This document shows, one piece after another, positions 41,485 to 54,734 of a DNA stretch of 64,000 nt. Within the stretch, counting starts at the first letter, position 1; each line of letters begins with the position of its first letter. The notes under the pieces were generated by a model, which did no database searches, was not told the DNA's origin, and saw only the letters and a program-made list of their open reading frames with translations. Location: contig NC_043006.1 in NCBI RefSeq assembly GCF_006345805.1, positions 74,152,001 through 74,216,000 of the forward strand, written 5' to 3'. Source of the DNA: Octopus sinensis (Eukaryota). A program made the position numbers and the translations under genes.

Positions 41485-44400
41485 TCTACAATACAGGCAA
41501 ATTTCCAAGACTTAAAGAAGATTGATTCGATAACGAATAATTGATTCCTCGGTAGCTCTAAGAAGGCAGAAATGCTCAGATTAGTTCCACGGGTGTTTAC
41601 TGAGAGATAACCAATGTCAGTGATAACGTTATAATCATGTATTAAGTCAAGAAGTCCTTAATATTCAGTGTATATATTCGGCGAGCTGGCAAAATTGTTA
41701 GCGCGGCGATGGAAATGCTTGGCGGCATTTCGTCTGTCCTTACGTTCTGAGTTCAAATCCGCGGAGACCGACTTTGCCTATCATACTTTCGGAGTCTATA
41801 AAATATGTAAGAGATGTGTATCTAACTGAATTACCTCCTCCCCTGAAATTTGAAGCCCGTATTCAGAGTATATCATATATCGGTTTCTGAAACACACAAT
41901 ATATAAGATGCACATTTATAAAACAATTATAAAATGATATCAATTTATAAACGATATCTTCTTATAAAACTATCCTTTGTTAATGAAGTGTTTCTTTGTA
42001 CTTGCAGTGCTCCAGTCATATCGTTCGTGTTTCGATGAATGAAAGCAAAATAAAGTAAGTCATTTTGACATGCTGTTTTTTAAAAAAAAACTATATTTAG
42101 CACTTGATTAGAAAATATCCGATGAAACTCTCCTTTTCTTAAATTTTAATCTTTTTGTTCATTGGTAAATTTTGACGAGAAAATAAAAATTAAAAAAAAT
42201 ATTGCGCTGAAACCCTTTGAATACATAGAAAAGAAATTAAATTTGTTATTTAAAAGCAGCAAAATGTTAAATAATGTCATTTTCTATTTAAATGATTACG
42301 AGATTTCAGAATTAGAAAGAAATATATACTGCCGAAGATTACTGATATTTCTCGAAAATGTTCATTAAATTAATTTTTTAATTTAATTCCTGATTATTCA
42401 TTTGATAATGTGTTATCTAATGTAACATTTTATAAGAATCTCTGTGATTTTTGCAAAAGGTCTTGAACTTTGTGTTTACGATTATAACTTTACCTGCGGA
42501 GATCGGAAGACCTTCTGCTGACCTGCCAAATGGAATACCTACATCTTCCTACACGATATATATGTCTCTCCTCTCTCGCGTATCATCTATTATGTCTCAT
42601 CTAAGGCCAATGGATTGAAAAGATTTGTTAGTGATCTGGTTGCAATATTTCTTAGTATTTAATTATGTCTCTATGCTTTCTGAATTCAGATCACACCGAC
42701 GTCAGATTTGTTTTTCATTGTCTGAGACGATAAAATAATGTAGTATTTAAGTTCTGGGATTGATTTAAACGGTTAATGTCTTCCTGAAAATTCCTGGCCT
42801 TATGACTATTATAAAGGCAATAATAACTCACCTATCAAATATTACACTAAATCATCCCAAAATTTTCCCCATAAATCAGCATTCTCGATCTTTTTTTCCT
42901 TTTTGTGATATTTTTTTAATCCTGGGTGCGCCAGACTATAGATGTTCACAGAAAACATCAACCGCATTAATATGATCAGCTTGCAACGCATGCAAATCCA
43001 CTCAACCACGCTCCATTTCTTCAGATTAATTAGTAAATATACACACACAAATAAACACCCTCTTGTTTCTTGTTGCATTTCACACACCTTTAAAACTTTT
43101 CAAAGCCAGTATTGAAACCTAAGAGAACTTGTGTTAATGAATATAGTATTCTTGCATTTCCCAGAAGCGAACGTACGTTTCGTGTTCAACAGCTAGGTAA
43201 TAGTCCTCGAGTTCAAAGCTTATTTTAGTCATTTCCTTATTGCTGTGTGCAGAGTACAGTCACGTCAGGTTCCAAGTTCAATTCCAGTCTAAACAAGTAT
43301 CTCACGCTATGTAACCTTGAGGTGGGTCTACGTTTTTTTTAGAATATGCTAGATAAATGGAGAGTGTGTAGAAGCCTGCTACACACAAAAACACACATAT
43401 ATATATATATATATATATATGTGTGTTTGTGTGTATGTGTGTATAAAGTGCACGCACATATATGTGTTTGTGTGTATGTGTGTATAAAGTGCACGCACAT
43501 ATGTGTATGTGTGTTTATGTATAGTGATAGAAATTAGTGACCCTTTACGCCAGATATTATGTTAGTTACTCGATAATTATAGATCTATGAAAGAAGTACT
43601 TGACTTAAGTTATCACTGTGTGGGTATGATTGACTGAAATTCTTAAACGACCTTAATACAAATGCACGAATACTAATGATGAATACTACACCTTACGCCA
43701 CGGTTCTCCTTTGTATTCAGTAGTGTTTGCCTCTTACCATTTAAGTATAACACAGCCTGTAACAAAGAACACGTCCAGTAGATACTTGCAGTTCTTAAAG
43801 AGAATTTACATATAATTATTTCACTTCACAACAATGATAGATAACAATGTAACAATATTCAGGGGGATAGACTTGCAGAGTTAATAGAAACATTGGAGAA
43901 AATCCCTTATCTTACTTTGTACGACTTTTTATGCCCTAATTTTCAATTTTGCCAAGATCAACTTTGAGTTTAATCCTTCCAGGGTCAACAAAATAAGTGC
44001 CAGTCAAGAAATGTATACCTTCGTACAGGTGTGTATTTCTCACTTAGGATTTAAGATTTTGTATTGTATCTGTATATGACATATAAATGCCCTACATATG
44101 ATTTTAAACTGCACCCTTTAGTGGTGTCATGAGTAAGGAGCTCCAGGATTTCGAGAAGTGTGAAACCACCTAGGGTTACTATGACGCAAACCAGTAGCAC
44201 CTGTGATGACCACTCCTATTGGTTAATTAGCATGTCACTATTTAGTATTCAGAAGAAAGTCACTCACGGAGTTCAATGGACTCAGTCAAATAAGACGCAT
44301 CAGGTTGTTGGGTGTTCCTCTGAGAAATAAGTAACTCCATGCAAATCCTGCATCCTGATAAACACCGGGGTTGTAGCACTCGTCGCAGTGGACGAAAAGA

Positions 44401-45061
44401 AATTTAAAATGCAAGATAGTAGGACTGGCTCTGCACAAACTATAATAATATTTATCGTGCAGATTTTTCAGCAAAGCAGGGCACCAACATTATTTGCAGC
44501 TGTGTCTTGCTCAACTCTCGTTAGTCGGAGCGACGACAGCAGACACCCAATACAAGATATAAATATTTGGTATTCACCAGTATAAGAACAAAGCTATTTA
44601 ATTATTCGCTGTATTGCAATGAACTGAAAAGTTCAAGGCTCATGAGAGTGAATGACACCTAACCGCGAGATGCTTATTTTGACACTGTATTGAATTGGCG
44701 AGCACTGTATTGAATTGGTCACTCCTATCAGCTATGAGATACCACTTCAGAAATACATGAAACAGAATTAAAATAGAATTGCTATCTAATTATTCTGCAG
44801 CTGTTTATTGGCTGGCTCCTTTCCGTCCACTAATATAAGAAGGATTGCGGCTGTCTTACGACTAGGCTTTATTGAGAGAAAAATTTACATACTTTATCGA
44901 CAAAATAATTATAGGCGCAGACAATGCTGTGTGGTTAAGAAGTTCCCTCCCAAACCTGTGGTTTCAGTTTCAATCCCGCTGCGCAGAACCTTGAACAGTT
45001 GCCCTCTATTGTAGCATTGGGCGGTTTAATGCCCTGTGAGTGAATTTGGTACATGGAAACT

Positions 45062-45479
45062 AAGGCGGCGAGCTGGCAGAAACGTTACCACGCCGGGTGA
45101 AATAGTTTGCGGTATTTCGTCTGCCGCTACGTTCTGAGTTCAAATTCCGCCGAGGTCGACTTTGCCTTTCATCCTTTCGGGGTCGATAAATTAAGTACCA
45201 GTTACGCACTGGAGTCGATATAATCGGCTTAATCCCTTTGTCTGACCTTGTTTGTCTTCTCTGTGTTTAGCCCCTTGTGGGTATTAAAGAAATAGGTATT
45301 TTGTTTGTCTTTACCTTCTGAGTTTAAATTCTGCCGTGGTCGACTTTGCCTTTCATCCTTTCGGGATCGATAAATTAAGTACCAGTTAACGCACTGGTGT
45401 CGATGTAATCGACTTAGTCCGTTTGTCTGTCCTATTTTGTCCTCTTTATGTTTAGCCCCTTGTGGGTAATAAAGAAATA
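45062..45479 (+). mobile_element. SINE family A head plus 2 bodies, nested in an old family B SINE (44910-45060), TSD GGAAAC
   Basis: GGAAAC at 45055-45060 and 45480-45485; junction at ~45294. Confidence 0.88.
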
Positions 45480-45746
45480 GGAAACAGTGTGGAGAATCCT
45501 ACACACATACACATAATTTTACATTCGGATATACACCTTGTAGTGTGCGGTTTAAAGCCCGTTCATGCTATGCTAGATTATTTGTTTTGTAAAAATGTAA
45601 AGGTCAGTTTGATTGTCCGATTGCTTCTTTTGTGTATGTTATCTCGATGGTAGGTTTTGTTGTGGTCTTTTACGATTTTATGTAACAGTATTTCATTATC
45701 GATGTATAAAGTTGTGTGTGACACGTGTACTGAATTTTATATTATA

Positions 45747-46250
45747 CTAGCAGTATCGCCCGGCGTTGCTCGGGTTTGTAAGGGAAATAACTATATAAGC
45801 ATTTTTAGAGAGTTACTTCCCTTATAAATTCGGGCTTTCTTAGCCATTTGTTTTGGTGTCTTCAAGCCATGAAGTCGTTGTTCTAAAAGAACGCTGGTTT
45901 CCTTCACAACGCATTACGACGTTGATTTCTTTACACTCCCTTCCCCACAGCTTCACGAGGGAGGGAAGGGGGAGAAGCAAACAGGTGCAGCTGTGAGCGT
46001 GGACGCCAACTCCGCCGCCATCGACATACGATGCATTTTATGCATTAAAATGGAATAAAAAATGATGTTAAATTATTTTAAAAATCGTAGACTCATCGTT
46101 GACGCGCGCTAATAGTCAGACGGGCTCGATATGAATCACGACTATAAGATACCCGAATTTGGTTAAACTGCACCGCAAAATGTGGGAGGAGTTAGGAATC
46201 TAAATCGAAGGGGACAGACACTCACACAACTAGAGTTTTATATATATAGA
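45747..46250 (-). mobile_element. Non-autonomous Helitron-like element
   Basis: Minus strand 5' TCTATATATATAAAA ... ACCCGAGCAACGCCGGGCGATACTGCTAG 3'; A|T target. Confidence 0.8.
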
Positions 46251-46635
46251 TTTCATTTTTTTACTTTCGATTCTTTGCATAAGTTATCTGACTATTTATA
46301 CGGGATGGGTTCTTTATTGTATGTCATTTCTTTGTATAGACCACAGCACACCACAACTACTAAAATGGATTGCTATACAAATAAGCGAAGCGGCGAATAT
46401 GAAGCGGATACCGTTTGACAAGTCACCTGACGAGACACAGTCGTACCTAATATACGTTACAATTTTTTACATAACATCTCACTTGCGAGTTACCAGTGCA
46501 CGATGGTTCGAAATGATCGTAGTGAATAAGGAGTCTCGTGAATTTAATTTCATTTACTTCATACACACACACACACACATACATACACACACATATATGT
46601 ATGTATATATATATATATTTACTTATATATATATA

Positions 46636-46999
46636 CTACCACTATGACCCGGCGTTGGCGGGTCATAGAGCTAGTGCATGCATATACAGCTGCGTGCGTG
46701 CGCACATACACGCGAGTACTGTCCAAATCTCCGACCAATTACATACAGCTAGCTGGCATTCATTTGGCGTATCAAGTTTCGGGCATTTTGATTGGGTTTT
46801 GGATAGAAAATTCACAAAAAGTTACTCCTATTGATTTTTAATGGCTTTGCGTGGTGACTGGGGAAATATAAAGATGTGCATGACCACCTTTGGACGGTTT
46901 TGAATGACCATAGAAAGTGTGAGCCATCTACCGGAATGTGGATTTGTATAAAGGATACACACACACACACAGACATTTTGCCGTTTATATTTATAGAGA
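46636..46999 (-). mobile_element. Older Helitron-like non-autonomous element
   Basis: Hairpin GACCCGGCGTTGGCGGGTC at the left end; CACAGACA...TTTATATTTATAGAGA at the right, like the other copies. Confidence 0.55.
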
Positions 47000-48378
47000 G
47001 ATAATGAAACATGCGTTAAATACTATAAAATGTACATGTAGGACAGTCACCAGAACCCTCGTACTTCATCAGTTATCGACCGAAGAATAAGAATACCAAG
47101 TTTCATGCCTTTAACGATAAGACTAGGAACTTCGTATGTCGGCGGTACCCGCAAAATTTGCGGAGTATTAGGGCTCGAGCAAACAAAATAATACAGTAAT
47201 TTGAAACGGTAGGCGAAGACAATAAAGAAATATATACAGCGTTGGAGCCAAACACGAGAATGATGGATTAACGCCTGGGAAAAATCCTCAAATGGATATA
47301 AAGAACAGAATTGGGAAGAGAAAAAATGTCGACTGAGCAACGTGAAATGAAATTCTTTGCTTAAGAACATGATGTATCACCTATTCCAGGTACTAGAACC
47401 ACGATCTTAAAATCCTGAATGAAAGATTCTCTCCACTGAGCTACACGCAACCAGACAGACATTTCTACACATACATATTTCTTTGTATATGTCTTCCTCG
47501 TTGAGAAGAAGGACAACACTCCGAAACGTTAGATTCCTTCACACCACGCAGGAAATCAGCTTAACAGAATATTCTTCGAAAAACGCAGTGGACTATCGTA
47601 AGGGGCTTCTGAAAGACGCATGACAAAAACTGGGTGAATGGGACCTCCAAATGGCTGCTGATCCGGGGAGGAATTATAAAATAGCTAAATGTTTACGTAT
47701 AGAGAGAAAAAGAGATGACACTTGGAATCAAGATATTACTGGTTGATCTACCTATTATACGTGGGGTTCATGCATACACACAGTTAAAGAGAATAAACAA
47801 CTGTATAGCAAATAAGGAAAAAATAAGTTCTTGCAAATCTCTAGTTAGTTTAAGGTAGTTGAAAATATTCATTCCAATTTCTTAAAGATAAAATAAAAGA
47901 TTTCCTTATTATTTTTACGATTTCTGCCAAAGGCTAATATGGAAATATATTGTATTTACAAGTTTTAGTGCAAAAAAGGTCTAAATATATATGTATGTAT
48001 GTGTGTGTGTGTGTGTCTGTCTGTCTACTTATCGATCTGTGAGTTTGTCGCTCTGTCTACCGCTCTGACTTTCTGTTGTCCTATCTATCAAGACATCTGT
48101 CTCTATATTTATCTATTTACCACTTTCTCTCTCTGTATCTCTCCCCTCTCTTCCTCTCTATTGCTCACTCTCTGCGTATAATTTGGGTTCCAGGCGAAAG
48201 GCTGAGGCCATTTTGGGACACATACACACACACACACATACACATATATATATATATATATACATGCATATATACGAATATGAATCACACACGCATACAT
48301 ACGCACACGCTCACGTGCATACACGCACACGCTCACGTGCATACACGCACACACAGATCAATACATATACGTAAACAC

Positions 48379-48421
<43 letters not shown>

Positions 48422-48884
48422 TTACATATATGTATATATTGATATATACATTTACATACATACACATCACATATATACAGCTACATACATTTATATAGAT
48501 ATGCATAAACATACATACACATTCACATATAATATATCTCATATATATTCATAAACTACTAAACCCAATGACTGAGGATGAATTATTGGCATGTATTATG
48601 GTTTCGCTAACTGGAAAGTTCTTACTTTATTACGATAAGTCATAGCTACCGTCTCTTTCCCCACGTCATTATCTTAGTGAGGCATCCACGATATGAAATC
48701 CATATGCAGGAAAAGCTGCACCAGCAATCAGCTTGTACTCATACAACTTCAATAGAATAACACAGCGTAAATTGAAGTACATTACTGAAGGACAAAACGC
48801 TTTAACCGGATCAGAAATCGAACCTATTTCCTAAAACACATGAGACCAACTTCATAAATATTAGAACATGTACTTTCACGTTTA

Positions 48885-49295
48885 TATTGTTGTTTGGTTA
48901 CGAAGTTCGCTTTATAACGACGTGATTTCATGCTCAGTACCAGAGAGCAGCACCTTGGGTAATTGATTTCCAATAGACCCAGCCCAAACATCACTTATTG
49001 AGTGAATTTCGGTGATGGAAACGGCGAAGAACAATTTGTATGTGTGCGTGTGTGTTTGTGTACGTGTCAGTGTGAGTGTTAGTGTGTGTGTCTTTGTGCT
49101 TGCTTTTGTCCCCCTGCCACCAGTTCACGACTGGTTTTGGTTTATTTACCTCTTATTTAACAGTTCGGCCAAAGAGACCGAGGGAATAACCACGAGACTT
49201 AGAACAATGAAGTTCTGTAGTTCTGTTTGTTCGACTAAAACTATCCACGTGTGGCCTCCAACACTGACACAATCCAATGACTGAAACAAGTAAAG
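48885..49295 (+). mobile_element. Diverged SINE family B
   Basis: Head, (TG)n and tail CAATGACTGAAACAAGTAAA. Confidence 0.7.
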
Positions 49296-49298
49296 GTC

Positions 49299-49340
<42 letters not shown>

Positions 49341-50597
49341 GTATTCATCCATCCACACACACACAGAGAATTGAAAACGAAGAGGAGAGTGGAGATTTAT
49401 TCACATAATCGGAAATTTTTATTAAAAAATTGTTCTACGGCATATATAAATAACACTGACCAACACATGCTTCAATTGTAGCAACTACACCTTGCTCTGT
49501 ATGCAATTATGTATCTTAGTCACTGCAATTTCATCAAGGGTCCATCACTTACGACGTTTTCAAAGTGAACTAATTCAAACAAGCTTCCTGCGTTGGTATT
49601 CAGTTGAAGATTTTAGCGTTACTTTTTAAATTCAATTGAATTTTGGTCTTATACTCACCACTAATAGTATTACTATTCATTCATAGTACACTCAATTGTA
49701 GTAGTTTTGTAGTAGTTTTACATTTTACTGCGTTGACTACATTATTTATTTAGAGGTAATTCACTTATGTTTGGATTTACACGTCAATTAATATCATTAT
49801 TATTATAACTAAAATTATTTTAGAATTACTTGCAAAACTACCTTATCACAATCTTGTTCAATCAAGTAGTATAAATTATAGAATAATTAATACAGATGGT
49901 AATTTATGTTTCTTTAAATCGTTTAAACGTATATTTTAATCCAACGTGGACATCTTATAGCCTGTTCCTGTCTTGTGTCTATAATAGTATATTTAGAAAA
50001 GAAAATTTGGTACATTTCCTCTACACAAAGATTTCATCTATTATCGCCTATTCTATAAGGTTTTGCTTTATTATTAATTTCTCAAGCAATCAAAAATACT
50101 TTTTTACTATCTTTACGTACCTAAATTATCTTACTAAGGTTGGTAATATTCGGTTTGTCCCTTTCAAACGAACTTAAATGAGTGGCAATTCTCTGCTTAA
50201 TATAACATGAGCTAACTCCTATAAAAAATATTCTCTATTCTCTGAGGTAATCTTAAATCTGCATATGATATTTTCATGTTTACAATCAGTGAAGCGAACG
50301 GAACCTGTACCTTGCACAATCGCAACTAGTGGTTTTAGTACATCCATTACTATCATCCACTCTAACTACTCTAGATGTGAATTTTATATTTTCCTGACTA
50401 TTTTCTAAGCTATGAGTCCTCTCCACAGACACAACACCCTGAGTACTTAGCTCTCTAGGATTCATATCCACAACTTCTAAACCAATTGTGGAGCTCCCTC
50501 GGGTCTCTTCAGCTTCATTGGTTGTCAAACCATAGTTCCTATCCTGATACCCACGGTTTGTCCGCTCATGTTGACATTATCGCTATTTATTGATCTA

Positions 50598-50697
50598 NNN
50601 NNNNNNNNNNNNNNNNNNNNNNNNNNNNNNNNNNNNNNNNNNNNNNNNNNNNNNNNNNNNNNNNNNNNNNNNNNNNNNNNNNNNNNNNNNNNNNNNN
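50598..50697. other. Assembly gap (100 N)
   Basis: Run of N. Confidence 1.
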
Positions 50698-51000
50698 CTT
50701 CTGCTCTTTCAGTCACCAGATTTTAGTCGAACGAATGAACTCCAGCTTTTTTTAAAACCTAGAAGCAATCCTTTTGCCGAACTGCTATGTCACGTGGTCT
50801 CGAACACACCAAAACCGATGCAAGAGAAAAACAGACACAAAAATATGCACACGGACACACAAACACACACTTGCAGACGCTCTCACACACACAAATACCC
50901 ACATACAAAAACACATACACACATTCTTACGAGCGCACAGTTTCCGTCTGGCGAATAGGGTAGGTGCTGAAGCGATCATAACTTGTTTTTGACGAGTCTC

Positions 51001-51229
51001 TTTCTTTATTGCCCACAAGGGGCTAAACCTAGAGGGGACAAACAAGGACAGACAAACGGATTAAGTCGATCACATCGACTCCAATGCGTAACTGGTACTT
51101 AATTTATCGACCCCGAAAGGATGAAAGGCAAAGTCGACCTCGGCGGAATTTGAACTCAGAACCTAACGACAGACGCAATACCGCTAAGCATTTCGCCCGG
51201 TGTGCTAACGTTTCTGCCAGCTCGCCGCT
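51001..51229 (-). mobile_element. SINE family A monomer inside mariner
   Basis: Consensus match; interrupts the transposase between the WILYDNNA and HLPYSPD segments. Confidence 0.88.
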
Positions 51230-51661
51230 TTATGACAAGAGAGTCACCAGTGAGGAGAACTCGATGACAGAGTGCATTGTTGTCATAAAGAATCCAATTC
51301 TTCGGACTCCACAGATCCAGTCGCTTTCGCCGAATATCCACCCACAAACGCTTCAAAATATCACTGTAGAACTCTCGATTGACGCTCAGGCCCTGAGAAA
51401 CGAATGCCCAATACAGCGGATGTTGAAAAATACGATGGGAATGATCTTGATTGATCTGCGGCTCTGTCATGCCTTATTCGGCCATGGAGAAGAAAGACTT
51501 TTACATTATGACGACTGCTGCTTCGTCACAGGGTCGGATCTGTACACCCAATTCTTGTCATCGGTGATGATTCTCGACATGAAAGATGGGTCATCAGCGA
51601 CACGTTGACAGAGATCTTGGCACACTTCGGTGCGATGTTCTTTCTACTAAAAGATCAGCAA

Positions 51662-51830
51662 GTACGCCTAAAGTGGCTGTGTGGTAAGTAGCTCGCTTAC
51701 GAACCACATGGTCCCGGGTTCAGTCCCACTGCGTTGCACCTTGGGCAAGTGTCTTCTACTATAACCTCGGGCCAACCAAAGCCTTGTGAGTGGATTTGGT
51801 AGATGTAAACTGAAAGGAGCTCGTCGTATG

Positions 51831-51874
<44 letters not shown>

Positions 51875-52085
51875 TGTGTATATGTTTGTGTGTCTGTGTT
51901 TATCCCCCTAGCATCGCTTGACAACCGATACGTTTATATCCCCGTAACTTAGCGGTTCGGCAAAGAGTGACCGATAGAATAAGTACTAAGCTTACTAAGA
52001 AAATGCCCTGGGGTCGATTTGCTCGACTAAAGGCGGTGCTCCAGCATGGCCACCGTCAAATGACTGAAACAAGTAAAAAAGTAAG
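51662..52085 (+). mobile_element. SINE family B (tRNA head, internal (TA)n/(TG)n, CR1-like tail), full-length, inside mariner
   Basis: GGCTGTGTGGTAAG A box, GGTTCAGTCCC B box, tail GGCGGTGCTCCAGCATGGCC..GTCAAATGACTGAAACAAG. Confidence 0.88.
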
Positions 52086-52188
52086 TGTAAACGGGGGACA
52101 AACTTGATAGAGACACGCTTCGTATTCAATTTTGACGATAGTATTGCCTGCACGGACCCATATGACGGACCAACAACATCAGCAATTA

Positions 52189-52578
52189 CTCAGTTCTACT
52201 CTAGGCACAAGGTTCGAAATTCTTAGAGAGGGGGCCAATCGGTTAGATAGACCCCGGTATGCAACAGGTACTTAATTTATCGAACCCGAATTTGAATTCA
52301 GAACGTAATTTGAACGGCGGAATTTGAACTCAGAACGTAAAGACAGACGAAATACCTATTTCTTTATTACCCACAAGGGGCTAAACATAGAGGAGACAAA
52401 CAAGGACAGACATGGGTATTAAGTCGATTACATCCACCCCAGTGCGTAACTGGTACTTAGTTTATCGACCCCGAAAGGATGAAAGGTAAAGTCGACCTCG
52501 GCGGAATTTGAACTCACAACGTAACGGCAGGCGAAATACCGCTAAGCATTTCGCCCGGCGTGCTAACGTTTCCGCCTT
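52189..52578 (-). mobile_element. SINE family A dimer inside mariner, 14-bp TSD AACATCAGCAATTA
   Basis: TSD 52175-52188 / 52579-52592. Confidence 0.88.
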
Positions 52579-53786
52579 AACATCAGCAATTATTGATTGT
52601 CCTCCGACTACCCTCATGCAAATCTGGTGAATTTTCGTGATTTCCGCTCGAAGTAGGGCTTTAATATCGCTCATCTTCCAGGGACGTTCTTCCACATTTG
52701 ATTCGCCCTTACCACTGAAAACACTGTCAGCGGCATATTGCCTCGTCGCCGTAAGCTTGCCGAAGCATGCTCAATACCTCTGTAGCAGACTTCCTAGGTT
52801 TAACGCAAAATTTTGTGTTCGCTCTTTGTTCCTCTCCATGACAAATTCGCAGACTACAGCATACACGTGATCACAAAAACAAAGAAATTCACAACTTGCG
52901 AAGTAAACCCAGTGATATCACTCGGCACTCTGCCTCATAGAGATCAATGCTAGCCCTCAATGAGCACGCAACTGTGGCCTGCTACAGAACTAAGTCCAGG
53001 AACGCTCTGATACCACCTGGGTATAAGTGTTGTGTGTGTGTTGGTGTGTGTTAGTGTGTGTTTGTGTGTGAGCGAGTGTGTGTGTATGTGTGACCGTATG
53101 TGTGTGTGGTGTGTGAAAGAGCAAATCGACCCCAGGGCATTTTCTTAGTAAGCTTAGTACTCATTCTATCGGTCACTCTTTGCCGAACCGCTAAGTTACG
53201 GGGATATAAACGTATCGGTTGTTAAGCGATGCTAGGGGGATAAAGAATTATGCATTTGAATTGGAAAATGTTTAGGATTTACGCATCGTTTGAGAATAAT
53301 TTTTCACTCATAGCTGTCATTTTCCCTCAAGGTTCACATTTTATTTTCACTAAATTGGAAGTTAATTAATATCTTCTGAAATTTTTTTAATAATGGAAAC
53401 TCGTAAATAACATTCAATATCGTCTTAACTAATGTTTTATTTGCTATAATCATATTATTGCCTAAAGTGCATCCTATTTTGAAATGTGTTTTCAAGAAAA
53501 AATTTAAAACAGATTTCCTAATACGGAGTTCTTCAGACAGAGAATCTAATAGTGCAAGATTCGCATTTAGGTGAAGCGTTTCTATGTAGTTAGCAATCAG
53601 CGGTTGTATAGATAGTTAGGGACAAAATGAAAGAGTAACGCAAATAATAATAAAGTGCAAGAAAGAGTTATACACACATATATACTTACACGCACACATA
53701 CACACACACACTCATATACATGCATACATACGTACATACATACATACATACATATATACATACATATTATATATATATATATATAT

Positions 53787-53818
<32 letters not shown>

Positions 53819-54734
53819 GAACGCACATGGCCTGAATAGTTAGATCGGGAAAATTCTAGGCGCAATCCCAGGTTTGTTCATGACCAAAGGTAGTCTTTAC
53901 CCTTATATATATATATATACCTGCATATGCACCCATATAGTAAGACCTAAATACACATGTATATATATATTTATATTTATGTATTTATTTATTTTTATAT
54001 ATGCATATAAACAAGAGAGAAAGAGAGAGAGAGAGTGTCTCTAGTTTGTATTCACATATACTCATGAACTCGTACATACACACTCTCGTAATCTTGCGCA
54101 TATGTATAGACGCATATACATCCCACACACGAGCATATACACACTATAATATCTATATATGTGAATTCACACATACACATATATATGTATATGCATGTAT
54201 ACATACGTGTATATTGTGATTAGATGGACATGTGTGTATATGTTATTGTATGTCTGCCTATGAGTGTGTATGTATATTGTTTTATTTTTAAGTATATATC
54301 CACGCTCTCACACTCGCACATACATATTTATACATTGTTGCTATCAATTCCCTTTCATGTATTACTTCCTGATGCATATTTCTCTACTTATTTAGAGATA
54401 ACCCCCATTCGGATCTATTTATGATGGCATGATAAATTAAAGAAACGACTTTATCAAAATCGCTTTGCCGACCACATTCAGTTTATGATTCTGTATTCAG
54501 TCGCTTACACACCTTAAACTTATCCGTCGCCGCTGGACTTAACAGAAGTTTAGAAATGAGGTGTAAAATTTATCAAGACATCAAATGATATTTTTACAAA
54601 TTTTTTGTTCTATGAGAAATTCAGTCTCTAAATGTTTTGACCCCGTTGAAATATCGTAACGTGAGATAAAATGGCGAGTGTGCTAAAGGCAATAAACACT
54701 ACATATTCCCAAGTTAAGCGTTCTTTTTCCTACC

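Larger units (their letters stand above)
50945..53024 (-). mobile_element. Degenerate Tc1/mariner (mariner-type DD34D) transposon split by three SINE insertions
   Basis: In order on the minus strand: TIR-like end ~52990-53024; EQRANTKFCVK..KSATE..MLRQAYGD (~52740-52835); IADVVG.SYGSVQAIL..KFVP (~52093-52186); RIITDD.NWVY (~51540-51580); VNREFY...RRKR.DLW..NWILYDNNA (51270-51400); HLPYSPD (~50947-50967). Confidence 0.88.

Noticed and set aside
43420-43510. Short tandem duplications (also 44682-44718, and 63180-63250 vs 63420-63492)
   Set aside because: Ordinary slippage or TE-internal subrepeats; no evidence of function.
46426-46450. CTGACGA-GAC-ACA-GTC hammerhead-like half (similar on the minus strand at ~44283-44305)
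   Set aside because: No GAAA core and no stem I; could be chance.
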